Shown here: positions 9,370 to 20,944 of the stretch, piece after piece
How the letters are laid out: the number at the start of each line of letters is the position of its first letter
Position numbering within the stretch: position 1 is the first letter of the stretch
Source of the DNA: Hyaloraphidium curvatum SAG 235-1
Taxonomy: Eukaryota > Fungi > Monoblepharomycota
Direction: 5' to 3'
Assembly: GCA_025558095.1 (NCBI GenBank)
Contig: JAIVFI010000042.1
Coordinates: forward strand, 1 to 64,000
Length of the DNA: 64,000 nt
Made by a program: the position numbers and the translations under genes
The notes under the pieces: model-generated
Databases searched by the model: none
What the model was told of the DNA's origin: nothing
What the model saw: the letters and a program-made list of their open reading frames with translations, nothing else

Positions 9370-10584
9370 ATGGCTCCGCCCGTTCCCGACGCGGTCGCCA
9401 AGTCGCCGTGGCTTGCGCACGCCGTCGCCTCCCCGGAAGCGCGCGACCGGTTCGCGGTGCAGCACGAGTTCGTCCCCGCGGCACGATCGGCGCTCGACGA
9501 CCGCACGTGGAACTACCTCCGCGGCGGCTCCGAGACGGAGACGGCGCTGCGGCGGAACCGCGCCGCGCTGGACTCGCTCGCCTTCTCGGCGCGCGTGCTC
9601 GTCGACGTCTCGGAGACGGACGCGTCGGCCGACTTTTTCGGGCGGAGGATCAGGCTGCCCGTCGCGCTGGCGCCGGTGGGCGCGCTGCAGAGCTTCCACT
9701 CAAAAGGAGGGGCAGCCGCCGCAGAGGGTGCCGGCGCGTTCGGCGTGCCGATGATCCAGTCGAGCGTGTCGGCGCCGTCGCTGGAAAAGGTCGCCGCCGC
9801 CGGGCCCGGGCCCAAGGTGTTCCAGCTCTACGTCCGCGGCGGGGACGACTTCATCGATCAGCACGTGGAGCGGGCCATCACGGCCGGCTACGACGCCTTT
9901 GCCATCACCGTCGACACGGCCGTCATCTCCCGGCGCGAGCGGGACCTCGAGGCGCGCTGGGTCAAGGCCTGGGCCGACCCCAACACGGCGCCGATGAAGT
10001 TCCAGGCCGCGCTCACCTGGGCGCAGATCGAGCGCGTGCGCCGCAAGTACCCCGGCGTGAAGCTGATCCTCAAGGGCATCCAGCGCGCCGACGACGCCGT
10101 GCGCGCCGCCGAGATGGGGATCGACGTCGTCTACGTGTCCAACCACGGCGGCAGGCAGCTCGACCACGCGAGGGGGAGCATCGAGGTGCTGCCCGAGGTC
10201 GTGCGCGCGGTGCGGGGGAGGGCCAAGGTGTGGGTCGACGGCGGGTTCGCGAGGGGGTCGGACGTGGTCAAGGCGATCGCGCTGGGCGCCGACCTCGTCG
10301 TCGTCGGGTGCGTCCGGCCTTGTCCTGTGCTTGCTTGTTCTAACCCTGAAGTACTCCGTGACCACAGCCGGCTGTACCTCTACGCCCTCTCCGCCGACGG
10401 CCCCCGCGGCATCACCCGCATGCTCGAGCTCCTCGAGGACGAGGTCCACCAGATCCTCGCGCTGATCGGCGCACCGACGCTCGCGCACCTGGACCCGTCG
10501 ATGGTGGTCCGCACGGACGGGCCGGTCGTGCAGCCGGGGGTGCTGAGCGCGTTCCCGCTGCTGGAGGGCAAGGAGAAGCTCTAG
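9370..10584 (+). CDS. FMN-dependent alpha-hydroxy acid oxidase/dehydrogenase (glycolate/lactate oxidase family); intron 10308-10367
   Basis: ALAPVG, FQLY, ITVD, LILKGI, VSNHGGRQLD, VDGGFARGSDVVKAIALGA. Removing the intron restores VG|RLYLY. Confidence 0.92.
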   Translation: MAPPVPDAVAKSPWLAHAVASPEARDRFAVQHEFVPAARSALDDRTWNYLRGGSETETALRRNRAALDSLAFSARVLVDVSETDASADFFGRRIRLPVALAPVGALQSFHSKGGAAAAEGAGAFGVPMIQSSVSAPSLEKVAAAGPGPKVFQLYVRGGDDFIDQHVERAITAGYDAFAITVDTAVISRRERDLEARWVKAWADPNTAPMKFQAALTWAQIERVRRKYPGVKLILKGIQRADDAVRAAEMGIDVVYVSNHGGRQLDHARGSIEVLPEVVRAVRGRAKVWVDGGFARGSDVVKAIALGADLVVVGCVRPCPVLACSNPEVLRDHSRLYLYALSADGPRGITRMLELLEDEVHQILALIGAPTLAHLDPSMVVRTDGPVVQPGVLSAFPLLEGKEKL

Positions 10585-10871
10585 ACGTTGTGGGCTGGGG
10601 TAGGACCGGGAGAGCGATCCATCGGGACTCTAGGTGCATCAGGCACGAAACCAGCCCGCTCGCTAGTGTAAATGTGTGTGTAACGCGCGGACGAATGCCG
10701 ACCGGTGCAAGCCTCCGGCGAGATCCGAGGTCAGGGTCTCCGCCAAGCGAGATCCCGCGAACAGACCAAGCACACCCCGCTCCCGCGCCCGACACCCCCG
10801 CCGACGCGTCCCCTCCTTCCCCCTCCCTGCCCCCCGCTCGCCGCGCCCGGGGCGCCCCGCACCGCCCCGCG

Positions 10872-13800
10872 ATGGCGCACACCCGCACGGCGTCCGAGTC
10901 GTCGCGCGACGCGCCGCCGCCCGCGCCCGCCGCGCCCGGCCGCCGGCCGAAGCCGCGCACGGGCACCGAGATCCGCGCGGCGCTCGAGGACCACTACCGC
11001 GTGGTCAGCTCGGTGATTCTGGCAAAGATGAACCCGCTCACGGGGCTGCTGCCCGCGAGCACGGCGGTGACCATCCACGGCGGTGGGCGGGCCTGATCCC
11101 TCCCCGGCACACGGCAACTGATGTGGGAACGCGCGGCAGACTACACGGACGCGTGGGTCCGCGACAACAGTGGGCTGACGTGTCGCCTCGCCCCGCCGGA
11201 CGCCCCTCTGACCGGCACCGTCCCATCCGTCTGCCCGCAGTCAACTCGATCTTTGCCGTCTTTGCCCTCGCGCTCGCGTACCGCCGGATCGACGACAGCC
11301 AGGGGCGGTACTACGAGCTGCAGCACTGCGTGGTCAAGAACATGAGGGGGATGATGGGCTGCATGATGAAGCAGGCGCCGAAGGGTGGGTCTTGGCGGGT
11401 TGCGACACCCTTGTGGTTCTGGCTGACTCGCAGCCGGCAGTGGAGAAGTTCAAGCACACCCAGGTGACCCCCCCTTTCCGAGTCCCGCCCCCCTCCCCTC
11501 CCACAACTGATCTCCTCCCCGCCCGCCCAGGCACCCATGGACGCCCTCCACGCCAAGTACTCCACCACCACCGGCGACGTCGTCGTCGGCGACGCCGAAT
11601 GGGGCCACCTCCAGATCGACGCCACCTCGCTGTTCCTGATCGCGCTGGCCCAGATGACCCTCGCCGGGTTGGAGATCGTGTGGACCATGGATGAGGTGGA
11701 TTTCGTCCAAAACCTGACGTACTACATCGAGAGGGCGTACCGGACGCCGGATTTCGGGCACTGGGAGCGGGGCGACAAGGTGCGGCGCTCGAGCCCCCCT
11801 CAGCGGCCATCGTGGCTGATTCGCGTCCCGCAGATCAACCACGGCCGCCCCGAGCTCAACTCGTCGTCGATCGGCATGGCGCTCGCCGCGCTCGAGTCGA
11901 TCAACGGGGTCAACCTGTTCGGCGCGCGCGGCGGACCGGCGAGCGTGGTCAGGGTCCTCGAGGACGAGGTGGCGAGGAACAGGGTGACGATCGAGGCGGC
12001 GCTGCCGAGGGAGAGCGCGAGCAAGGTCGGGATGCTGGGCCGTCGTCTGCCGCACTGCTGTTGACGAGTGCGTTCTCCCGACAGGAAGTCGACGCGGCCG
12101 TGCTCGCCGCCATCTCCTTCCCCTCATTCGCCGTGCGCGACCCCGAGCTCGTCGAGCTGACCAAGCGCGAGATCATCACCAAGCTGCAGGGCAACTACGG
12201 CCTGAAGCGGTTCCTCCGCGACGGCCACCAGTGCGGTGGGCCTCCTCGCTCCCCGTCCCCTGCCCACGGCCGCTGACTTCCCGCCCCGTGGCAGCCCTCG
12301 AGGACATCAGCAGGATCTACTACGACCCGCACGAGCTGCAGATCTTCGAGAAGATCGAGAGCGAGTGGCCGCTGTTCTACACGTACCTGCTGCTGGACGG
12401 CATCTTCAACGGGGACGCGGCGCAGGTCGAGGAGTACAGGGAGAGGATCGAGAACATTCTCGGTTGGTCGACCGCGACGCTGATTTACTCACCTGTTCTG
12501 ATCGGATCCGGTTCGCGGCGGCCAACAGTCGACTCGACGACCGTCTCGGGCTTCGACCCGCACTCCTTCGTCGACCTCAACGTGCACTTCCCCGCCCTCC
12601 ACGGCACCGCCGGCGCCGACATGCCCCTCAAGTCCCCCCTCCCCCCCGACTCGATCGCCCTTCTCCCCGAGCTCTACTTCGTCCCCAAGCAGCTCATCGA
12701 GGCCGAGCGCGCCGAGCCCCGCAGCCAGAAGCGCCTGCCCGGCGAAAACGTCCCCCTGGTGTGGGCGCAGAGCCTGTGGATCACGGCGCAGCTGCTCATG
12801 GACGGGCTGATCGAGCCCGCGGACATGGACCCCCTGGGGCGGCGGTTCAACGCCCGCAGGCCGAAGAAGGACACGGTGGTGCAGGTGGTCCTGGTCGCCG
12901 AGAGCCCGGCGCTGCAGGCGCGGCTGCGGAACCTGGGGATGGAGACGCAGACCATGGACGAGCTCGGGACGGTCGCGGTGCGGGGGCCCAACGGGCTCAG
13001 GGACGCGCTCTCGGTGCTGGGGATGAACCAGAAGCTCGGGCTGACGGGGCGACCGCAGCGTGCCGTGGGCATCCTGTCGACGAGCAAGCTGTGGCGCGTC
13101 GAGGGGAGCTTGTACTCGTTCCTGCCCATCTTCCTGGACCGCGACGAGTTCTACGGGGCGTCGGACCCGGACTACATGGTGAGGGCGCGGCCGCGAGCTT
13201 GAGGGTCCTATCGCGCTGAAGCTCGCGTTCTGAAAAGGTCGACCTATTCGTCACGCACCTCAACTTCCTCAAGAACCACTGTGGGTGGCGGGTGGGAGCG
13301 GCCGTCAACATGCGCTGACGACCCTGCTCTTGCTTCTCATAACCCGCAGGGAACTCGCCTGGCCGCCCGACGATGACCATCCTCATCACCGAGCAGCTCA
13401 TGCGCCCCTTCCGCCACGTCTCGCGGGTCCAGCCCGGCCGCCGCACCTTCCTCCAGCTCGTCAACGAGGCCAAGGCCGGGCAGGTCGGCGACGTCCGCGT
13501 GCGCCTCGGGCGGATGCAGGAGATGGTCCCCACGTCGTGCATCGAGTCGCTCGACTTCCTCACCCGGAGGGTGGGGACGGCCGAGGACTGGAAGCGGATC
13601 CTGAGCGGCAAGGCATCGTTCGACGCCAGCGTGCCGATGGACAAGCTGACGCTCGACCGTACGATCCGGACTCGGAAGCAGAGCGGCGGGCTGTCGCGGA
13701 GGGATTCGGGTGGGTTCGACCGCGAACAGGCGGTACGGGACTTCCTGACGCCAGGGCCACCGCACTCCGAACCCACAGCGATGTTCAAGTCGTTCAAGCT

Positions 13801-16043
13801 CCCCATCGAGGAGATCGCCACCACCGACGCGGTCCTGGGCACGACCGCCTTCGAGTTCCCCTCGCCGACCAACCCCCCGTCTGCACTCCCCACCTCGTAC
13901 ATCAGCTCCAAGGCCGACAAGGCCGGCTCCTACTTCGCCGCCGAGCCCGAGCGCGAGGACCCCCCCGCCGACGGCTCCTGGCGGCTTAAGAAGCACGTCG
14001 GCGGCACCGTCGAGATCGAGCCCATCAACGAGTCCCTGGCGCTGGACGTGTCCGACCCGAGCAAGGTGCCCGACGCCGTGGCGGCGCTACGCGAGTCGAG
14101 CAGCCTGTTCGACCAGGCCGACATCCTCGAGTACCTCAAGGCGGTCAAGGGCGGGGACTTTGACGTGCAGGGCGCGGGCAAGGTGGACGACCTGCTCGAA
14201 GAGATCTACCAGAAGGCGTCCAATTTGGCGTGGGTTGCGCGCGCCCCTCATCGCGATCCAGCTGAGCCCCACCCTCCCCCAGCCTGTGGAACGTGGTCCG
14301 CCAGACCGCCGCCCTCCTCCGCAAGACCCCCAGCGGCCTCTCGCAGCACCTCCTGGACCTTCTCGTCCGCCGCATCCCCCTCTCGGTCGGCCACGGCCCC
14401 GGCGAGTTCCTCATCACCACCACCGGCCGCCCCATGGGGGACATGAACGCGCCCTCGGTCCTGAACCCCAAGGAGATCGCGTCGCTCATGTACGACCACG
14501 TCGGGGACTCGCGCGACGGCGCGATGCTGATCGAGGTGGTGATGGCGCTCTCGGACGCCTCCAAGGCCGACCCGCACCTCCTCGCCGGCGTCGCCCGGCT
14601 GCGCATCTCCAAGATCCTCGGGGCGCTGGTGGACGAGCTCAGCCGGACGTACAGCGAGGGGTACGAGGCCGCGCACGAGCGGCTGATGGCGCTCAGCCCG
14701 ACCGAGGTGCGGACGCTCGTGAGGAAGCTGCTCGAGGCGCACGACACGGCGGTGCAGAGGGGCCCGCAGAGGACGGCGACGCCCATCAGCGGCGGGGGGT
14801 TGCTCAAGGGGGATGTGGAGGCGGAAAAGGCGCCGGCCAGGGTGGCGAGGCTGCCGAAGGTGCTGGAGCTGCGGGCGCAGTCGGCGGGGGAGAGCGCGGG
14901 CAACTTCGCGACCGTGGACGTGCTCGTGGACGGCCAGCCCGTCGCGCTGCCCGACAGCCTCGCCCTCGGCCCCGCCTCGCGCGGCCTCGTGGTCGTGGTC
15001 GTCGACACCACCCTCGGCATCGTCACCTTTGCCGCCTCGTTCGACACCCACGCCGCGGACGAGGAGGCCGCGGACCTCGCTGGGTTCGTCGAGGAGCTCA
15101 AGGACGGCGAGGCGGTCGCGGTGGCGTGCAAGGACGACAGCTCGGAGCACCTCGCCGAGCCGGCGCTGGCGGCGATCGAGGCCAAGCTGGGGTCCAAGCT
15201 CGTCAGGAAGATCGGGTTCAGGGACTCGTGGGCGCTGGTCGCGGTCGCCGGGGACCCCTCCACGACGCGGGAATCGCTCGTCCCCGCGTCCGAGGCCCGC
15301 CCCTCGGACCGCGTGGAGCTGCGCGTAGACATGGCCGCCGCGCGGGAGCGGATCAACTTCATGCAGCTCGCAGAGAACGAGGCGTTCGCGACGTCGGCGT
15401 CCCTGGCGATGCTGGCGCCGAGCCTGGGGGAGTGGTACCGCCGCCGCGCCGTGGACGGGGCGCTGAACCGCGTGCCGGAGGGGTTCTACAAGAAGGTGGG
15501 TGGGGCGCGGGCCATCGGCGGACGCGGATTGCTGACGACGATTCTTGGCGGCGGTGACACCCACAGGTCTGGGACCTCCTCTCCCACTCCAAAGGTCTCT
15601 CCCTCTCCCCCGCCCCCAGCGACGGCTCCAAGACCCTGCACAGCCAACCGCTGGTCTCGGAAAAGACCGCCGAGGAGTTCAACTTCGCCATGGCCGTCGA
15701 GACGTGGCTGGACGCGGTGGAGGACGCGGCGAGCAGGGAGGTGGTGTGCGAGCTGGTGGACTGCATGGGGGTCAAGGAGCGGGACGGGGTGGTTAACCTC
15801 GTCGAGGTCGTGAGGTGGGTCCCCTGCGGCTCGGCGCTGCCCCCCGTGCGCCGTTGCCCTTGTTGACTTGGGACCCACAGGGACGCCATCTCGGCGCACT
15901 GGACCGCCTGGGCCTCGTCCTACGTCGCCGACGGCGGCTCGGCCGACATCGCGGAGCACACGCGGCTGGCGACGCGGATCTTCGAGGACCTGTCGGAGGA
16001 GGAGGCGCGGAGGTACCTCACCGCCGCGCTGGGGGACAGGTAG
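10872..16043 (+). CDS. Phosphorylase b kinase regulatory subunit alpha/beta (GH15-like), 13 introns by my reading, with an inserted ILEI domain
   Basis: Spliced motifs [123 protein letters not shown]. All introns are GT-AG. Confidence 0.9.
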
Positions 16044-16226
16044 ACGCGGGGCGGGTCGCGCAGTCGGGTCGCGGGACGGAAAAAAGAGCCGAGAAAGAGA
16101 GACGCACGGGAGAGGATCTAAATGTGTACCATCGATAAGCTTGGTATCCTACAATTCCAGCCGCCCCCCAAACGCCTCCGCCCCGAAGCTCCCCACCCTC
16201 GACCCGCTTCGCGCCACCCCCCGCAA

Positions 16227-17797
16227 TCACAGCCACTGCTTGTACATGCACTTTGGCACGATCCGCCCGCACCGCGCGTAGTACTTCCCCTTGTTCGGCC
16301 CCTCCTCCTTGCTCTGCCGGACCGGACCGCATCAGCCGGCCGCCCGCGGACGAGCAACCGCACCGCAGGGGAACCCACCATCCCGACGTACACCAGCAGC
16401 CCGCAGTCGCACTTTGGTTTGGTGTCCAGGAACTCCTCCGCCGTCATGGTCTTTGGCTTCTTGCTCCCTTTCTGCTCGCCCGGGGTGCCGGCCTCGCTCG
16501 GGGCGCGTTTGGCGCGGCGGGGCTCGCGGTCCTCGGAGGACGTCTCGGCCGAGCGCCACAGGCCGGGGAGCAGGCGGCGGACCTCGGCGACGAAGGGCTC
16601 GACGTCGGGGGCGAGGATGAGGTACGAGCCGGAGCGGTCGGGGTTGTTCCTGCGGCATCGGGGCGCGGGGTCGTCAGCCGGGCGCACGTCGGTGAAGCGG
16701 GCGGACGGAACGCACCTGCGGTTGAACTCCTGCGCGATACTGACGATGCGCCCGTGCAGCTCCGTGCCCCACTTTGTCCTGCTGAGCACGCGGGAGAGGG
16801 TGGCGGGGTCGTCCTTGAAGTGCTCCCTGAAGTTGGCGTTCAGCCGCTCGAAGGGCGAGTTGGGGTCGCGCTTCTTCTTGCTCGGGCCCTTGGGGCGCGG
16901 GAGCTGCCCGGGCAGGTCGTCCCCGGGGGCATCCGAGAACGGCGAAGGCGGGTCGTCGTCGAGCATCGAGAGGTCGATGGTCTGTGCCGCGGGTCGGGAG
17001 CGGGGTGCCGAGGCGGGGTCGAGCGAGATCGAGTCCGGGGAGTCGGCGGCGTCGGCACTTTCGGCCTTGACTTCCGAGACGGCGGGGGGCGCGGGGGCGG
17101 GCAGGCTGCGCACGGCGCGCTTGACCTCCCTTCCGATCTCGCCGGCGAGCTCCGCGCGGATCTCCGCCTTCAACTGTGAAGCCAGCTCGGCGGCCAGCTC
17201 GGCCTTGAGCTCGGCGCGCAGCTCGGCCTTGAGCTCCGCGCGCATCTGCGCGGTGGCTGCTGCGCGTGCCTCTGCGTGCAGCTCGCCGCGCACCTCCATC
17301 AGCAGCTTGGCGAGGTCGTGCTCGAGGGCCGCGCGCACGGCGCCCCGCAGGTCCTCGTCCGCGAAGGCGGGCATCGGGGGAGCGGGGGCCGGTGCCGCCA
17401 CCGCCTTGGGCGCCACGGCGGCCGCGGCATCCATCGCCACCAGCCGCACGTGCGGCTCGAGCAGATCGCGCACGGTGCTGTACAGGTGCGCCTCGAAGTA
17501 CTTTCTGGTGAATGCGCCGAGGAAGCCGACGATGTCGCCGCCGTCGCCGCCCGCCGGCCCCGCCGCCACCGCCGCCTTGAGCGCGCGCCGCAGCTCCGTG
17601 CGCGCCACGTGGCGCAGCCGCTCCTCCGTGCGCGACGCGCCCTTTGCCGGCGAGCCGCCCTCGCCCGCCGGCTTGCCCGCACCCTCGCCGCCGCCCTCCG
17701 CGCCCCCCGCCGCCGCGCCGCCCGCCGGCTCGTTGTGCAGCGTCTTGTCCGTCGGCGTGGCCTCGGGCGGCGCGGCCTCCATGGCGTCGGTCTGCAT
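16227..17797 (-). CDS. Hypothetical protein with a central (K/R)AEL-repeat coiled coil and a C-terminal GRF-type zinc finger; 2 introns
   Basis: MRAELKAELRAELKAELAAELASQLKAEIRAEL. The spliced C-terminus PKCDCGLLVYVGM|SKEEGPNKGKYYARCGRIVPKCMYKQWL* fits the zf-GRF pattern. Confidence 0.65.
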
Positions 17798-18227
17798 CGC
17801 GGCAGAGTCAGAAAGGAATGCGTGGCCTTGCGGCGCCGGCCAAGCCGCCGGGGCCCGGAATCGGGGTCCCTGGCCGGTCCAGAGGTAAACCGGCCCACGC
17901 GCCCACGGCGTTGCGTGAGCACCGGGGCAAAGGTCACGATCGATGGCAGGCCCAGCTGGTCGTCGGCAGCGCGGGGTCTCGAACAGTTGAGAGGCACGGG
18001 GACCCCGGCATCGCCATGCCGGCGCTCCGAGCCCCATCCCTACGCCCTCCGAAAATCCGCAAACATGTAGATCAATTCCCGCAAACCGTTCCGATCCGTT
18101 CTCGGGGACCTCGTTTCATCGTCGGGCGGTGGATTCGGGCTTAACTCGCGCGATTCTCGCCAGCGCACGCGGCCGATCCATCTTTGCCTCTTTTCCGCGC
18201 CTCGGAAGCCCTCCACAACCCTGGACA

Positions 18228-18643
18228 TGGTCGGAAAAATCCCCGATCCGACTCCAATCGCATTGTTTGCATTGGTGTCGTCGATGCCGGCCGTGATCAG
18301 GCCCGACGTTGGCCCTCCGCGGCGGCGATCCGCCCCAGCCGATTACCCAGTCGAGACACGAAGCCGGCCGCCCCTCGGACCGTGAAACTGCGCACTTTCG
18401 CCACCGGAACGGTAAGCTCGGCTCGACCAAGGCTTCCTGAGGCTCTACGATGCCGGTGCGCGCGAGCCGTCCCCCGCGGAGGCCGTGGCGCTGCTGCGCG
18501 ACCCGGGCGCGCGGCACATCGACGGCTGGGAGGGCGATCTGCACCGCTTCGCGGGGCGGTTCCTGGTGGGCAGGATCGCGGAGCCCGCACAGGGGTTCGG
18601 GGCCAGGATGACGATCGAGACCGTGTGCCCGGACGTGCAGTAG
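18228..18643 (+). pseudogene. Degenerate inverted paralogue of the 19011-19580 gene
   Basis: 18436-18596 is a near-identical reverse complement of ~19160-19321 (LRLYDAG.REPSPAEA.ALL.DPGARHIDGWEGDL.RFAGRFLVGRIAEPA). The upstream LFALV segment is shared, but the frame has a stop. Confidence 0.65.
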
Positions 18644-19010
18644 GGAGACGACTGTAGGGGCTGGCGCGTTTCCCGGTCTTCGGAGTATTTTGCGTCGCAC
18701 ACGCCGATCGGCGGGTTGATGAGCGCCGCCGCACCCCGCGGGTGCCTCACGTCCTCGTTCGCAAGCGGCAGAACATCTCGATCGCGTCCTTCTTCAGCCC
18801 TAGGCACGCCTCCAACTGGCCCAGCCCACCGGTTCGCCGTGTCCCTCGCAAAACCAGGCGACGAACGCGCCGGAGACCGGGAATCCAGCGGGCTGTCCAT
18901 GTAGGCTGGGCGCCAGTCGTACATGTAGGAAGAGCGCCGAGCCCGTGGAAGTATCGTCCCGACGCGTCACGAGGAACCGGCGAGCACCGTCTCGCGATTG
19001 CACTGGCCCA

Positions 19011-19580
19011 TCAGTCCCGCTTGTCGTGCACGCCCACCATCGACCTCACCCTTGCGGGGGCCTTGAACGCGCGCAACGCGGCGGCGCTCATCGGCCCGTC
19101 CCGCGTCCAGTCGGCCTCGGCGCGGAACGCCTCCTCCTGCCGTGCCATGTAATCCCGTATCCCCTCTGCGGGCTCCGCGATCCTGCCCACAAGGAATCGC
19201 CCCGCGAAGCGCTCCAGATCGCCCTCCCAACCGTCGATGTGCCGCGCGCCCGGGTCGCCCAGCAGCGCCGCGGCCTCCGCGGGGGACGGCTCCCGCGGGC
19301 CGGCGTCGTAGAGCCGCAGGCACGCGCGCTCCAGCGGGGACAGCCCGAACGCGGCCGCGGTGTCCCAGATGACGGCGTAGAGCTGCTGCGTGGGGCCGAA
19401 CCGGTCCAGCGCGACCGGCAGGAAGACGGGCGCGCGCGAGGGGATCCCGACAAGCGCGAAAAGCGTGGGCACCGTGGGCGGCCGGCGGCCCTCCGCGTCG
19501 TCGGCTTCGGCGTTCTCGCCTTCTGCGGCGCCGACGGCCGCTGCCTCCGCTGCCGCACTGTCGGGGAGCCGCGGGAGCAT
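19011..19580 (-). CDS. Hypothetical protein (189 aa), possible Crinkler-type ubiquitin-like N-terminal header
   Basis: GC3-rich ORF with a local paralogue. TLFALVG...FLPVALD...LYAVI...LRLY loosely follows the CRN header pattern. Confidence 0.5.
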   Translation of the reverse strand: MLPRLPDSAAAEAAAVGAAEGENAEADDAEGRRPPTVPTLFALVGIPSRAPVFLPVALDRFGPTQQLYAVIWDTAAAFGLSPLERACLRLYDAGPREPSPAEAAALLGDPGARHIDGWEGDLERFAGRFLVGRIAEPAEGIRDYMARQEEAFRAEADWTRDGPMSAAALRAFKAPARVRSMVGVHDKRD

Positions 19581-19701
19581 GGTGGTGTTGTCCTTTTCCG
19601 ACGCTACGAGGTCTACGGCGTGGCTCGTGACGAGCCACGACTGCCTTTCCCCGTCTTGTCACCACCACTGAATGGTGCTAGGTAGAGGACTGTGATGCCT
19701 T

Positions 19702-20344
19702 TCAAAGGGCGCTTTTGGAGGTCCACCGAAGAAGATGAAGATGCATTTGGAACTTTTGACTAAGCAAAGAAAAACTTGATCGCAGCGTCGAAGAGATGAA
19801 CGACAGCCCGACGGTCATGGCTGCGCCTCCCATCGCGAAGGCAACCTCGAGCACGCTGGCCGTCGCGAGCATGAAACGAAGCCCGGTGACGACCAAGCCG
19901 GCGCCGATGCCGAGCTCGAAAGCCACCTTGGGGGGCCTCTGGTTCGGACGCCGGATTGCGGGAACGTTTCCTGCGCATTGCAGGCGGCGGTTAGCTGTGA
20001 CCGCTGTAGAGCGTTTGCTTTCTCCTACCTCATTCGGCGGAGCCGAGGCTCAATACGAAAATGTAGAATCTGTCCCCCACGCAGGCCTGTTCGAGAGTGG
20101 TGTAGGGTTCCGGATGGTTGCCGAAAGCTTGACGTGCTTCTTCGTAAGTCGCCGGACGGTTTTGGGTCCAGAAAAGGGCACAGGCAGGCTCCGACGCCTG
20201 CGGGATCTGGAGCAGCGGGGCGGCGGCCCTGAAGACGTCGCGGCCGGTCGAGGACGCCCGGAGCCGTACGGGGACGTATGAAACGTCGCCGACGGAGGAA
20301 TGCACGCCGGGAAAGACCGCCACGTTGAGGTTGAGCTCGGCCAT
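19702..20344 (-). CDS. Hypothetical, probably spliced or degenerate small protein (possible beta-grasp N-terminus, hydrophobic C-terminus)
   Basis: MAELNLNVAVFPG... ORF, then a CTAAC...GCAG acceptor and a hydrophobic segment AFELGIGAGLVVTGLRF. I could not resolve the exon junction. Confidence 0.3.
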
Positions 20345-20944
20345 GGTAGGTGAGCGATGACGGTGCGTGCGGCTGAGCAGAGAACAACAAGCTTCGGTCA
20401 CAGCAAGCGCAGCAACGGGAGCGGAACGGAAGCGGACGTGACAGTCCAGGGCGTGGCGCGCCGAAGCACATCTTGCTTTCCAAGATTGGCACGGGATCTG
20501 ATGTATACATCGCAAAGCTGGTTGGAGTCGGACTGTCGAGTTCACGCGACCGTCTACACTCGGCGGCCGCCGGAAATCGGCACAATGCTGGTTGGTTCTA
20601 CTCTCCTCGGTCGATGCAATGCAGATCGCGCCGGTGATGAAGAACTCAGCGGTGAAGCAGACGACGAAGAGGCGGCGTGAGGCGCTGGCACAAGCCATGC
20701 GGGAACGCCGGACGCTGCAATCTCCCTCGACGGACCGGAGGAGAGTTCGATTGCAATCACCGGCGCCGTAGAGCATCCACGCTGTCTCCATCAACTATCG
20801 GATTGGTTTATGTTGGCCTCGAGAAGCAAGACGCCGGCCGATCGGGGAGTCGGGAAGGCGGTGCGGGGATTCCGCACGGTTGCAGGGCCCTGGCCGAACA
20901 ACAAAGGGGCTATTGTGGCGGGCACTGGGCGTCGGAGGCCCGCC

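Noticed and set aside
10872-16043. Non-canonical splice sites or recoding to explain the fragmented ORFs
   Set aside because: Every junction in this gene resolves with ordinary GT-AG introns in the correct frame.
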